A stretch of DNA of 62,282 bases, filler included, from Sluysia triapertura (Eukaryota), in assembly GCA_046118255.1 (NCBI GenBank). It is 5 parts of 5 records of this genome, joined end to end, with 100 filler letters (N's around TTAATTAATTAA, not from the genome) between each part and the next. Parts side by side here need not be neighbours in the genome. Positions count along the whole stretch, not along the records: positions 23,601 to 36,781 come from JBJNIA010054439.1; positions 36,882 to 48,780 come from JBJNIA010158934.1; 3 more parts are not named here. The stretch is one strand, 5' to 3'. Shown piece by piece: positions 27,505 through 41,192 of this stretch (positions are counted from its first letter, which is position 1; the number at the start of each line of letters is the position of its first letter). A program made the translations under genes and the position numbers. Below the pieces are notes generated by a model. That model was given only the letters and a program-made list of their open reading frames with translations, had not been told where the DNA came from and ran no database searches.

Positions 27505-30500
27505 TTATAGAACACTATATCTTCCTTTGGACTGAATTTGAGGTCCCATTCTTTGTAATTTCACTAATTCTTCTTTCACCAATCGTTTGATTTCTTGACG
27601 TGCAGCTTGGATTTTAATTTCCGACAATGCTTCTATACACAAATACAAAGGCCTTTCTCCAGCAGACTCCATTTTTTGTTTCTGAGTTTCTGTCATATGC
27701 ACACCTCTAACAGACACACCCACTTCGTAAAATTCGCTCAAATTAGACATAGTTTCTTTACTCGTAAGTCGATATCGGACATTATTTGGGAAATCATTTA
27801 TTACCAGCTCCTCTTCGTATTTTTTAATCATTTCTGAGCTTCCCGTTCCACTCTGGCCATCACCAGTTCCATCCTCCCCTGTTCCATTTTCGCCATCGCC
27901 ATTTGCACGAGTATAACCTAATTTTGAATGGATCATTTGAGCCTTCTGAGCTGCCAGGTCTTTACCCGTTATCACTGGAGTTTGAATTATAGGTCCATTT
28001 ACAGACCCTACTGTAGAACCGCCTCGACCAAATAAAGCTTCTGTCGTAGCAAGGGTTTGGTCACGAGCATGTAATCCAAACTTTTGAGCCCCTAACTTCA
28101 TAGCCACGCTGCGAGCTGTTTCAAGCCGCTTACTAATCTCTTTTCTAAAATAAAATGCATTTAATAATCTAGAATGTATTTATTTTAATACATAGATAAT
28201 ACATTTTCTGTTTAATCAGCATCATTTTTTAATGTTTTTTACTCGAGACACAATAAAAACATTCAACATTTCAAGACATCTTGCTAATTTATGAATTAGA
28301 CAAATCAATAAAACAATTGTTAGTGTCCATTTATGTTTGTATATTTTATATTGTATATAATTATCGATTATTTCACCAATTATTGATTATTTTATTGAAA
28401 AATATTACAAATGTTATTACTGAAAAATATTTTTGGAATTGAAATTAATATTGAAACATTTTTGGAAAGTTATAAATTTATAATCTAAGTATTTTAAATT
28501 TAATTTTTAAATTTAAAAATCAAAATATGGACTAACGATAATTAGTTTTGTTTAACTGAAATCAAGGTTATTAATAGATACGATACATAATTTTTTAACG
28601 ACTTAATTGGAACTGCTCGATTAACGAATTCGGGAATTCAGCTTTAACAATTTACAAAATTTGGTTATCGTTAGTTTAATTTTGTTTCGTTGTGCGACAC
28701 TTTAGTCGCAAAGTAAAATATACGCAATTTTAATTTTAATATACACAATCTATTTAATTGAAATTAACTTTTAAACGTTAACTAAGTAAAATATCGTTTT
28801 AAAATTATAATAACACTAAAGATTAGCACGTATAATCGGTATAAGATAATTATCAAAGACTTGTATTGTATTTTAAGTTTATACCACATTTTCTAAACAT
28901 ATTTTGTGTTTTATATTTATATAATATATTTTCTTACTTAATTTTATCATATCACTACGCAAAAGTAACAAAATTTTTGATAATTGTTTTTGGTTCATTT
29001 TAAGAACCATAGGTAAAATACTAAATCTTTAAAAACGGTTTCGTTTAAAACCGAAGTAAAGACATTTAAAATCTATTTTTGAATTTAATATATTTACGTT
29101 TTCTTTTAACTTCGAAACCGAAAAAATCTACTGATTAAAATTATTAGTACCTTCTTAAAGTTTTGCCTTGCTTCTAAATCCAACGGTCAGCCCTAACACT
29201 AGTAAGACTAGAGACGTTGATGAACTCATACAATTTAAATTAAATTTATTCTATCCAAATCTTTGTTATTTTTCTTCACACAATTTACATTATCTAAATT
29301 ATGTTTATCAGCATATAAACTAAGTAATAACTACGAAAAACTTTACTAACGGATCTGCAGCAATATCTTTCGAATTACCATCAACACCGGGTAACTTGAT
29401 TGTGTTAGCAGTAAACGAATTTTTGTCCACATCTTTGACTGACTTTTTCACTGCAAACATATCAGTAATCTTGTCGTCCAAGTTTTCTTCTTCATCTGAA
29501 TCATTAAAACCTAATGTTTCTCTGGCAAACTTTTTCTTGTCCATCGCCATTTGACTTTCAGCCTCATCAAATTGATAGCCTTTTCCTTTAAATCCAGATG
29601 ATTTGTAGATTTTTTTATCTTCCTAAATTTGGAAATACATTTATAAATAATTGTTTTAACAATTTAAATTATAATGGAAGCTCTAAACAAAACATTCGAT
29701 TAAGAATATCTACTCTATGAATGTCATTGTCGAACACTTCAATGATTATCAAAGGTAAATTTATAAATATTTTGATCTGTGTTGTGGTTTTCTTAACTTT
29801 TAATCCACGCAAAATAAAACGACATATGATCTAACTATAAATTGACGTAAATAAACATATCTTTCGATTTCTTATTCTTCCCCTTTATTTGATGAGACCT
29901 AACTTACATATTTTATCTTGATAATATATCGATAACTAGATGATCTTATTTTAAGAGCTCGAATATTTTATTTTAATCAATCTAATCTCAAATTAATTTT
30001 AAAACCTTTTTGGTATTTAATATTAATCAATAAATTTTAATTATAAATTATTCTCCTCATTAACACCTTCGCTAACGAAATCTTGGGAATTTTTCTTATG
30101 AAATGACTTTAAATGGCATTGGATTTTTTAACATTATATTTATAGTGCAAAAAACACACCACACATTTTCTACGCCGAACTAAAAAGCAAGAACTGATAA
30201 GACGATGGTAGCTAACGTATTAAATGGGGCTGAGAAAGTGAGTTAAATAACATTAAGTGATATTTTACTATTCCAGTCTCTAAGATTGAAAAGTTCTTAT
30301 AAAAAGAACTTACTTAATCAAAATAGAAAAATCTGGACACTCGATAAATTCAGGCTCATATCACTAAATATCCTGCTAATTTTTATCTTAAAGCAACATT
30401 GAATATATCAATAATAATGTACTAATTTCTCCTTTTCTGTCGCTGCTGATTAGATTTTTTGTAGTGTCATTGAGAATATTATTTATTTTTTGTGAGAGGC

Positions 30501-33500
30501 AATACTGAGTAATAATTGATTGTGATTTCTATTGATAAATTAAAAAGAAATTTCCAAATTTGTATACTTAATTGTGATGAAATAAAAGATTATATAGTAG
30601 TTATCAATCAATGAGAATTGACTGAATTTTCGATTTCTTTTTTGAAAAATAATTTTCTTTTATAGAAATTGACGATTTTAAATGATTTGTGTTAAGAAAT
30701 TTGATGATTTGAGAGGGTTGCGATAAAAACCTAACATCTGTATCATATTCAAAGTACGAGATACTATTAACAAATTTATGAGTTTAATTATACCAGAATT
30801 ATAACAATTCTTTCTTCCTAATGATACTTTTTAATAGCTGATAATGCATTTAGCACAATTAATTTAACTACACATACACGATCATCTTTCAAAGTTTGAT
30901 GTGAACATTTGTTATTACTTAATAAATTCAAAAATTCGTCAAATTCTTCAGAACCATTTTTAATGTGCTTTCGCATATTATAAAACTTGGAGTTGTGTTA
31001 TATTGCTTTAGCTTATCGTTACATACTGTAAAACTTCTTTTATTTCTCCACCCATACTTATGAAAATTTTTATCTTTCGAGGAGCTAAACGTTAGAAAGT
31101 TGGACCCCAGTTTTTAACTCTGGTTCAGAATGAAGTTGTTCCTGAAACTGTAACGGAATCAGACACTCTCGATTAATAAAGTATAATTGATACTTGGTTT
31201 ATACTTTATTGAAGGAAAATAACTTTAAAATACTTCTAAAATTTCTTCCTCTATCAAAAATTTATGAGGAAATACGTATTACTTCTCCAAGAATATATAA
31301 TATTTAACTTTAATAATTAATTTAGAATAATTTTAGTTTTTGTTGGTGTGGTATGGTGTAGAGAAAGTGTATAAGGATGTGAAGATGTAGTATAATTGTC
31401 GGTGTTGAGTATTTAATAATTAGTGGTTAAACAAAAAAGCACCTTATCTTACGAGTATCTGATTTATCATTATTGATTCCACTGGAAATAGCTTAATAGC
31501 TTAACTGAAAATGATCAAAAAGTCATTTATTGTTCTGCTTATATAGTAACTTGCATTAAGTCGATTGTAAGCAATTCTTATAATCAGGCTAACTCCAGAT
31601 AATTTGATTCCGAGAGTTAAGGAAGGTGAGTTAAATATTAACACATTATGAGCGGGGCGGGTATTAGTACCCGTTTTATGTACTGTCACTTAAGAATACC
31701 TGCTCATAATGTGTTAAAGAACAAAAGTGATGCATTGCTAAATCAGAACATCAGCCACAATATTCACCATATACAGTATTCCTCCTGCTAACCACCATTT
31801 TTGGGGAATTGGAAAAATGTGACAGTTACGAAGAAATATGAAAGAAAAAAATCAAATGAACCAAAGAATATGACAGACTTTGAAACACTGGTTTAGAAAA
31901 TTTACCTATAACGTGTTTTAATTTATGACCATTCCTAACATTTTATATACTGATTTAGACGGAATAAACATTATAAACATTCTAGATTTAAGTTCATTTA
32001 AAATGATCTTCAGGTGTAGATCTTAACTTCAACAGATTTCTTTCCTTAAAAATTCTTTGAGAATTTAAAGTCTTGTATGCCATTTAAATCAGCTGTTTGA
32101 ATTGCCTTATCTTTTATTATATTATCCGTAATGATAATTCACCAATCATTTGTGTGCCCAAGATCAGTATTTTTAATCAAAAAATCTTTGTTTCTTCTGA
32201 TATCATTGATAGTTCTTGAAAGTTCTTTTTTAAATTTACCTGAGAAAACTTCTGCTACCCTGATATATTAATATGCAGGATAAGACTAAATGTACTTCAA
32301 ATTTTCAATTTTTTCAGCAACACTTGTCCAATGAAACATGTGTCATAAACAATTAATATTAAAACAACGTTATCGTGTCAAAAATAAAAATAAATCATTA
32401 AAATATTTTTTTAAAAATGTGGCGGTTAACAGAACTGGCATTTAGCGGTTTTCTATTATACGTTGGAAACTTCCTAAAAATTTGGCGGTTAGGAAAAGGA
32501 ATACGGTATTATTTTCACTTCGCTAGCCACGTTATTCAAAAGTATGTAAACCTATCCAAATAGTTAAGAAAATAATTGGATGTACGTATTCTTAAAAACA
32601 TTTATGAAATTGCAAAAACTTACTGATTTCATTCGTGCCTTGTATTCGTTATAAACATTCACTAGTTCTTCTGGTGGACCAAGTCCACTTAGTTTAAATG
32701 CTTTTATTATATCACCTACATATCTTTCTTGATCAGGCGTTACAAACGTATATGCCATGCCCTTGTTTCCTGCTCTACCAGTTCGACTGAAATTAAAAAT
32801 AAATCATATGTTAGACTTCATTAAGTAAATTGATCGAAGTATAGACCTAGGGCCTTCTCGCTACTCTAAGCTCTCAAACCCAATTATATTTGACCCTGAT
32901 TATATTCGGAATCCGGCCTCACTTTATCTAGTCGATCGTGAGTTTCCAACCCAATTGTTCTTCTATTATATCCAGCAGGTCTTTATAATGGACCTTTTCA
33001 TCTGTAAAATAAAAAATGATACAAAATAGAGTTCCTGCTATTTGATAATTCCACTAATTGTGTCTTGTATATGAAGTATAAGAAATTCATAGGAAATTCT
33101 TAATATTGCAATTGGATTGAAAATTGCATAATTTAATTAACAAATTTCACAGCTTCATCTATTTGAATTAATTCATCTGTGACAAATATGTCAAACCTAT
33201 TTTAAAATTTCACTCTTTATATCCGATTTCGACTAAAGTGTTCCAAATTGCTAAAATATTAAATGACTATAATTATCGATACTTGAGATATTCTGATTCA
33301 TCAAATACGAATAATTAAGAACCAATCGAATTTTTATTGTACATAGATGAAATAAATAAACATTCCATTTATTTAAGACTTAACTCTATGGCAGCCAAAT
33401 TCAAGTGAACCAGTCATAGATTACTAATAGTTAACATATTAATCAGCACCTGGCATGTGATACACCAATTTGTTCATCTCTTCGAGCATTGAAAAAGACA

Positions 33501-36028
33501 CAACACAAAAGTTAAAAATAACACAAAAAAATAAAATTATTTTTCAAAATTTAAATTTCCAGAACGTAAACAAACAAAATAAACGCTAAAATCTACATGA
33601 AAATTGTTTCTAACTTCCGTGACAACGGCCCCTGCATATTTAAGTTGGAAACTCTGACATAGGAAGGGAGCATTTATTCTATTTATCACCAGGATCATTG
33701 ATTTTCTGAATGGGTCGTTTTAGAATCCGATAGTAAAGCTGATTCATCAATACTGCTATTTTTGTCAACGAAATATCAAAATTCATATTTATACCATTCA
33801 AATCTTCAAACATTTGAACTTTAAAATTCTGAAATTATTCCTTCGAAATCCGTGGGTTTCGAATTTCGTCAGTATATTTCAAACAAACTCAGAAACTTTT
33901 GTAGCACAAACAGTAACTGTCTTCTTGATCAATGTCGTACCTCCTTCATTAGAACTTAAATTTACTTTATATTCTTTAATATTTAAACTATTTTCGCTTG
34001 GAAGTGGTAAGTTCGATTAATTCCAATATGCACTCATTATATATTGCAGCACTAAATTTAAAATAATTCGAATATTCATATTCATAAATTTCTAACTCAA
34101 ATTCGATTCCCCAATTTTAGATTTAATTCCACTAAGAGGTTTAGCACTAAAATATGCCCATTGGCCATTGTCTATAAAAATGTGGTTCTAGGGAATATTT
34201 AATTTTTGAATTTCACTTTCTTTTAGACGTGAATCAATGGACAACTTCCTTGTACCGTCATCTTTATTCAAGTTTACTTCGCCTTTAAAATTACAGCTAT
34301 TTGACTTATAGCAAAACGGTTGAAGATGATCTCGATGTGTAAAAATCACGTACGTAATCTTAATTTTTCATTTCAAATTTTAAAGAATGATTTATAAAAA
34401 TAGAATCTAATCTAATAAACGCTTTCGAATTTATGTCATAAAATTCTATAACATCATCTCTTTTGTCCGCAACTATTTTATCTGTGGAAGAATGAGCTAA
34501 ACAATTCAAACTTGGTTTTGTTGTCACAGTTTTAAAAGGTAAAATTCATCGTTTTCAGCAGTTACATGTTGAATATTTAAAGAAAAAAATTTTGATATTC
34601 TTAAAAGTTATAATTATAAAAGTAACAGCAAAAATAAAAGTAATAAAAAATAAAATAATATTAATAAGAATAAAATAAAAATAATAGTAACACCAAAATC
34701 GCAACTCTGGCAAAAACAATAGTGAACATCAACAACTAGCTGTCATTCCGGAGTAGCGATGTATCTGCTGGATGTGGCAACAAAAGTAGGACAATGACAG
34801 TGACGCAGTTTCACTAACAAAGCGTGTGACGCATATCTAACTTCCTAGCATGTACTACTGATTCTACATAGAGTTAAAATTTTAGCTGTAGTTTATTATT
34901 TTAAGTCTCATAGCTTATGAATTTCGGTTTCAACTGTCATGATTTCATGTTCGTGTAATAAGCTGAATTTGAGTTTGTGTTTGAGTACGTACGTGTATGT
35001 ATGCGATGAGAAAGAGCGTTGACAAGGGTTGAACACCACATCTTCACATCAATAAGCTTTTTTCGTAACTTTCACGGCAGCCGGGTAGCCTTCTGATGAA
35101 TTTACTTGTTTTAATAGCCGAATAACGCTTATTGCCGCTGCATTTATGTTTATTGATGTTAGTGCTTGGGTATATCATGGAATTCCTAAACTATGATTAT
35201 GGATAAATAATTTACTAATCTCGTCGCTTCATTACTTTCATTTGGATTTCTATAATTTTCAAAGTCAGTGTGCTACAATTATTTTTATACACCATCAACT
35301 TCTCGCGCTTTGATGATTCAGACAATGATGAAAAAGAATAGTTGAGTGAAATAGAGAAAGAGAGAGTAGTGATTTAGTGATACTAACAGTGACAATGATC
35401 GGCAGTTTTACTTGGCGAAATGTGAACAATTTTACAACGGATTTTTTGCGTCCTGTAAATGCGATATTGCGAAATATACCCGTCCCGAAAGGGTTAAACA
35501 AAAATATTTTTGATGTTTCCACATGTCATCAAAATCTAGCATATTGTTAATATAAATAATAATTGAATTAATGATTATTGATACATCACGAACTATGTTA
35601 TCAATATTTCGGTTCTCTTGTTCCGGATGTGCTATTTAGATTTTGAAATACAATAAACAATTATTCATTATTCATAAGACTTAGCAGACTTACCCGCATC
35701 GATGAACATAATCTTCATAATGATTTGGACAATCATAATTGATTACTAAATTTAGATCAGACACATCAAGTCCTCGAGCAGCAACAGAAGTAGCTACTAG
35801 AAGAGGTATTTTGCTGGATTTGAAATTGGCGATGAATGAATCACGATCGTCTTGATCTATACCTCCATGAACAGCGGCACACTTCGAGTAACCATTTTGT
35901 ATTAATAATGAAATTAATTTATCAGCGGATTCTTGCTTTTCTACAAATATCAGAACTTTCCCGTTCTCCATGTGCAAACCCAATAATTCCAATAATTTTA
36001 GCAATTTATCCGATTCGTCAATAATTAT
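27505..36028 (-). CDS. DDX46: DEAD-box RNA helicase DDX46/Prp5, 3' part (HELICc + C-terminal KH-like domain); 5' end cut off by the contig break
   Basis: Four phase-compatible exons with AG/GT sites: 36028-35694 ([13 protein letters not shown]...[14 protein letters not shown]...[16 protein letters not shown]), 32786-32624 ([19 protein letters not shown]), 29622-29351 ([13 protein letters not shown]) and 28144-27505 ([22 protein letters not shown]...[10 protein letters not shown]...GRYSVL*). These motifs are diagnostic of Prp5/DDX46. Confidence 0.95.
29176..29229 (-). repeat. Stem-loop repeat family, copy D (DDX46 intron)
   Basis: Reverse complement ATGAGTTCATCAACGTCTCTAGTCTTACTAGTGTTAGGGCTGACCGTTGGATTT, preceded by AGAATAAA. 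Confidence 0.75.
30955..31040 (-). mobile_element. Possible BED-finger (hAT) remnant in a DDX46 intron
   Basis: Frameshifted [16 protein letters not shown] / YNMRKHIK resembles a BED zinc finger. Confidence 0.3.
33400..34400 (-). mobile_element. Degenerate Ty3/Gypsy-like reverse transcriptase remnant inside a DDX46 intron
   Basis: 34283-34225 reads [18 protein letters not shown] (cf. KKDGxxRLCxDYRxLN), and 34182-34141 reads [14 protein letters not shown] (cf. YxxMPFGLxxAP), in the correct order. Boundaries are approximate. Confidence 0.55.
35476..35496 (-). mobile_element. Single piggyBac-like terminus
   Basis: The reverse strand reads TTAA CCCTTTCGGGACGGG. The partner end was not found. 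Confidence 0.35.
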
Positions 36029-36781
36029 CTAAATAACAAAAGATAATTTCATAGATTTGTTACGTAAATTACAATTACAATATATTACTTTATATATTAC
36101 TCAATAGCACTTAAAATACAGAAACTTTTTATTTACTAAATCACAACCTAACCTTAAACTTTCACTAAAATTCAAGATATTTAATGGCAACGAGCAAATG
36201 TATGATTTGATTTTGAACATCAACTACAACAGAACAAAGTTAGATGAATGTTTGATAAGCAACATGTAGTGGTTCAACCTTTTTATTTAAAATTTCATCC
36301 ATAAACAAATAAACACATCACATTCACAACAAAAATGTGCCTTAAGCAGAATAAGTATTCATTAACTCACTTAACACGTAATGACAATATGTTACGAAGA
36401 AAAGCAAAGCACACGAAGATATGTATGTGTAGAATAATAATTTACTGTATAAATAATTTATGTATAAATGTATACAAAAATAATTAAATATAATTTAAAT
36501 ATTAAAAAGTTATTTTAGTAAAAAATGTTAGTAAAAATTTTACATTAAAATTAATTTAATTTAAATTAATAATAATTATCAGTCAAATATTTTTTCAATT
36601 AAAAGTCACAAACTATATAAACTTTATCACCAAACCACACTAAAATAAAATTCATCCGTGATCCTTACACCATTACATCTTTCATCATTAACCAAGTATA
36701 GACTCACGACAAAATCTCTAACATCTTATTAATATTTTGCTCATTAACATTTAAATAATGTTTATCATCATTTTGTCATCA

Positions 36782-36881
36782 NNNNNNNNNNNNNNNNNNN
36801 NNNNNNNNNNNNNNNNNNNNNNNNNTTAATTAATTAANNNNNNNNNNNNNNNNNNNNNNNNNNNNNNNNNNNNNNNNNNNN
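36782..36881. other. Artificial contig linker N44-TTAATTAATTAA-N44
   Basis: Same 100-bp linker. DDX46 does not continue across it. Confidence 0.97.
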
Positions 36882-37236
36882 TAGTTATCTAATAAAATAT
36901 TATAATAGTTGTTTTGCATTTGTAAGTTATTCCTTTAATATTAAGTTGTTGGACTTATCCCAAAACGAGACGTATAGATTTAAACTAAATTTTAGTAAAC
37001 TATTAAAAACATCTTGCGACAACGACGAAACCATGAAACTTTATAAAATCCTTAAAACAGATAAATTTCAACATTTATTAAAACTCAATAAAACATTTGT
37101 AGCCTTAATTCCAATTTTACACTTGTCTATGAGTGATCTTCATAAACGCGAACTCAATCTCAAAACATGTACTTATCCAACAAGTTTATTACCTAATTAT
37201 ACTTCTCTTAAAACGAGTTTGAAATTAAAACTTCAC

Positions 37237-37304
<68 letters not shown>
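37237..37304 (+). repeat. (AAT)n microsatellite
   Basis: Direct read. Confidence 0.9.
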
Positions 37305-37469
37305 GCCCTCAACAAGAACCAAAACTTCAAATTTATGTACCGGAATCTATTAAAACATCTATAAAATGATACAACAAACATTATTTTACATCATATACCA
37401 CTCCACCATCCTCCATATTAAGTGCACATATATTTTTTTAATTAGAAAAATTAAACTTGTTTTATGAAA

Positions 37470-37690
37470 TTATTTTCCTCGATTTTTAATAACTTCAGCA
37501 CAGATTTTTGGCATTCGATTAGTTAATTTTTGTGGCATTCAATATGTTCCAGAGCGCATTTTTGGAAGTTGTCCTTTCCTCACCTTTCTATCGAGTTCAT
37601 CCCACAACTCAATGGAATTAAGATGTAGCCATTCCTTAAGTTGAAGGATTTCGCGTTGCTCTAATTCTAAACAAGTTTTGGGCATTTTAT
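37470..37690 (-). mobile_element. Tc1-type transposase C-terminal remnant
   Basis: Fragments LQLKEW.., LNSIELWDELDRKVRK and KLTNRMPKICAEVIKNRG match the Tc1 (SPD)LNPIExxWxxL and MPxxCxxVIxxxG motifs. The region carries deletions and frameshifts. Confidence 0.8.
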
Positions 37691-37734
37691 ATTATCTTGC
37701 ATAAACACAAACTTTTCTGGAATAGTCTTTCTGC

Positions 37735-38121
37735 GGCACAGGCCCATTCTTCTTTGAAGGAACTGTTAATGGCGAATGTTACCTTGATATGCTGAAGACT
37801 AAAGTGTTTCCTATTGTTAATGAATTCCCCCATTTCATTTTCAACAAAAAGGAGCACCTGTGCACTACACCAGAGATGTTCAACAATGGCTTGATGAAAC
37901 ATTTCCCTGACGTTGGATTTGACACCGAGGACCAATAGAATGGCACCGCTTGATTTTTTTCTATGGGGTTTTCTAAAGAACGCAATTTATGCTAAAGCCT
38001 AGGACAAAACAAAGTATTCAGCATGAATGTAACCAAATTTCAGAGGAAAGTATGACGTAGCTTTGTCAAAAGATGTCGTGCTTGTATTGATGTTCAAGGT
38101 GCACATTTTGAATATTTGTAA
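37735..38121 (+). mobile_element. Mariner-like (DD41D/rosa-type) transposase remnant
   Basis: Translation GPFFFEGTVNGECYLDML...FQQKGAPVHYTRDVQQWLDETFP*RWI*HRGPIEW / PLDFFLWGFLKNAIY ... KRCRACIDVQGAHFEYL*. It has in-frame stops, and the PPRSPDLT motif is deleted. Confidence 0.85.
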
Positions 38122-38899
38122 ATACTAAATATACCTATTAAATTTGTGGTTTTTGATATTTGCTTATAGTGATTTTCGCTGACACTATTTCTATATTAAG
38201 GCAATTCTGCTTCCGCTGCGATTTATTTATGTTCTATTTTCTTTACTTTGTTGTTTCTACAATAATTATGTTATTTATTTTTGATTCTAATTTGATATTT
38301 CACTAAAATTAATTTTTAAAATTAATACATTTACGTTACTATTACTGACTTTAGACTGGCAATATATAAAAGATAAAAATTTAAAATCAATTTTAATACA
38401 ATTAAAATAATACTCTTATAATAAATTTTTATAAACTAAAGAAATAGCTTTAGGCGCTCTATAAATCTGAAATTGTGAAAGCAATGAACTTTATTTGAAA
38501 GGTAATTAATGGAATACAAAAATAGAATGTAGAAGACATTGAACGAAAAAATTGCTGCTTCATAACACATTGTCGAAATATGAGAATGAAATATTTATAA
38601 AAATTGTCTTATAAGAATTATATTAAATAGTATTAATATAATAATTATGGCTCCTACAGCTATTCAAGTAAAAGATAGCAAGAAAGCAAGTTAGTTATTA
38701 GGCAGATACTAAAAAGCAGATACCAAAAATGAGTATAGAAAGGAGCATTAAAGAAACCTACAATTAAGAAACAAATAAACCTAAGAATTTTCAAAATTTC
38801 CAAATAGTAAAGCTGATGTTACTGTTATAATTGATTTTGGTCAGCTGTCACAATAATTGCGTAATAAAAATATTTCATTTAAATTAAGAAAGTGGATTC

Positions 38900-40150
38900 A
38901 TCCGTATGGTAATAAAAGAGCGTTTGATAAATAGAGATACGTAATTAAATTATAATGGTAAATCTAGCATTATGAATCCTATAACACATTTTACTCTAAT
39001 GACAGACGATACTTGTATAGAAGCTTTCTAGACTGGAAAACTTAGAATAAATCGTGATTTAATAATTGAAATTAAACCGTAAAATATTTTCATCACTACG
39101 CATTAGGTAATTGCATTGACAGTAGACATGGATTCTTCACCAAGAGTAATTATAATCTTGATTGGATAAATGTATAAAAAAGGAATCGCCACATACTATG
39201 TAACAGAATTAAAAACCTAGAGTATAATAATTGACTCAAGTACAATTTAATGATACAAGTCCCTAATTGTCAAGAATGTGAAACTAGACAATTTATTAAT
39301 TTTTAAGGTTGTAAGCAAATTAGAATGTCCATTAAGTCATTAATCGAGACTTCTTACATGAAAAGTGTTACTCAAATCTTCGAAGATAAATAAAAGAATC
39401 TTTAGAAAAGAAATCCCAAAAATAATTATGACTACAAAATCAAAGGATGGAATGGTATCAAAAGCGTAGAAGTACTAATTATCCAGGTATAGTTCATAAA
39501 AGCAAAGTCAATGACCAATTAGATGATGGAAATGAGAGTCAGTAAGATAGAATTATACATTCCTTTTAATAAGACTAATTTCCATTTAGTTGGAAAAAAT
39601 CTAACTAATAGCAATATAAGGATTGCCAATTAAGTAAAAAAAATTATAAGTTCAAAGTTGGTAACAATAATTATAAACTCACATATGTTAGCACCAATGT
39701 TACCGCTAAATAAAGTATTTGTAAAACTAAAGTATATAGGCAAATTACATGATAATCCACATGTGCAAACGAATAATTTAAAATAACGAATTATATATTA
39801 CGTGAACCCAGTGCCAAGAATAATAGTCCGAAAAATAAATTAAAAACATTACAATGTTCTTTATATATCATCATTGTATAAAGTACGTGAAAATTATTGG
39901 TTTTCTCTACACTCTAGAATGGAGTACAATCACCGCCTGGTGGAATTAAAAATAGATTTCACTTTCAAACTGAAAGTAAATGGAATATATCGAATTTTGA
40001 ATATAAAGGACGTCATATTATTTCCAAAAAAACAAGATTAAAAAAATAGTAGATATTGCTTCACCAAAGAGCCCAAAAGTTAAAATATAATTAGACTTGA
40101 AATTTATTTATCTAGCAAGTTCTTTCATTCTGGGCACGAATTTACATAAC
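38900..40150 (+). mobile_element. Possible highly decayed LTR-retrotransposon (protease/RT) remnant
   Basis: Purine-rich, coding-like strand bias. LTVDMDSSPRVI at about 39115 resembles the aspartic-protease VDTGxxxSVI motif, and LEWSTI at about 39913 resembles the SxWAxP motif. Motifs are weak. Confidence 0.3.
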
Positions 40151-40561
40151 TTAATTTTCCAAAATTGTAAAAATTTATTATACTACTTCATTACATAAGT
40201 TACCTTTATATCTTGTTGAAATTTCAAGTTAGTATTTATAAACTACGTTATTTTTACTGTTAAATATTTCTAAAATTCCATAAGATAAGCATAATTTGAA
40301 CATCAAAATTAACGTTATTGATTGTTGATATTAATAAAGAGCGCAAAGGTTCTAAATTATAAATAAATCTTATTAAATTATAATTAAATATTTCCTACCA
40401 CAATATTATGTACTAATGTGCATTTTAAATTATCTCATACACAGGAAGATACCTAAAATGCCTCTTAAAATTAATAACGAAAAACATAAAAACCACATTA
40501 ACGATCAAATACCTAATGTAATTTATCAATATCGTAAATCTAATTAATATATGATACTTAC

Positions 40562-40915
40562 ATATTTAATAATGAGAATTTGTTGAGGTAAATTTAGATT
40601 ACAAACTAAATTTATAATGACATAAAATAATAAACATATTGCAGAAAGAACATAAATCATTAATTCATATGATCTTTCACCACACACTCCACGAAACAAA
40701 TATGCTATTGTAAATAATGACGACAAAATACATATTATTGAAAACGTATTATCTTCTACGTTATTTTCATTCACTAAAGAAATAATAGCCATAACCATTG
40801 CAACCAATATTCCTATAGTCCCGAGTAGCATAATTGTTTTTTCACCTTTGTTGTACAAAGAATAGTTGCAACACTAAAAAAATACAATCAATAATTTTTA
40901 CATAGTAGAAGTAAA

Positions 40916-40958
<43 letters not shown>

Positions 40959-41192
40959 CATTTACATTTAAAAATAAGGAATCTAAACTATACTAACTGC
41001 ATTAACAGTTAAAAATGTATGTAATGTTCTTTAGTATTTAATGTTTAAACTACTTTTACAATATATACGAAGGCAAATAATTTAACAAATTTTAAAATTA
41101 AATGCTATATAATACTTTCATTGTTAATTCTAAAAAGTAACCCTTTTAGCTGGATCATTGACTTTAATTTGAGAGATAGAGTAATTATCCAT
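40562..41192 (-). CDS. Uncharacterised multi-pass membrane protein, 5' part
   Basis: Exon 40873-40562 (acceptor ttttag, donor gtaagt) encodes three hydrophobic helices: LLGTIGILVAMVMAIISLV / TFSIICILSSLFTIAYLFRGVCGERSYEL / MIYVLSAICLLFYVIINLV. A putative first exon 41192-41142 (MDNYSISQIKVNDPAKR, weaker donor gttact) is in phase. Downstream exons were not found before the contig break. Confidence 0.65.
40918..40954 (+). repeat. (AT)n microsatellite in the intron of the TM gene
   Basis: Direct read. Confidence 0.9.

Noticed and set aside
11043-29229. Stem-loop family as a pistol, HDV, twister ribozyme or SECIS
   Set aside because: The required core nucleotides and pseudoknot pairings could not be placed on either strand.
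15466-36028. Splicing-factor gene cluster (SON-like + DDX46)
   Set aside because: The genes are on different contigs joined by an artificial linker.
36946-37353. 135-aa ORF with poly-Asn and an LLPNYT motif faintly like Penelope N-termini
   Set aside because: Length is inflated by the microsatellite and the motif is too weak to call.
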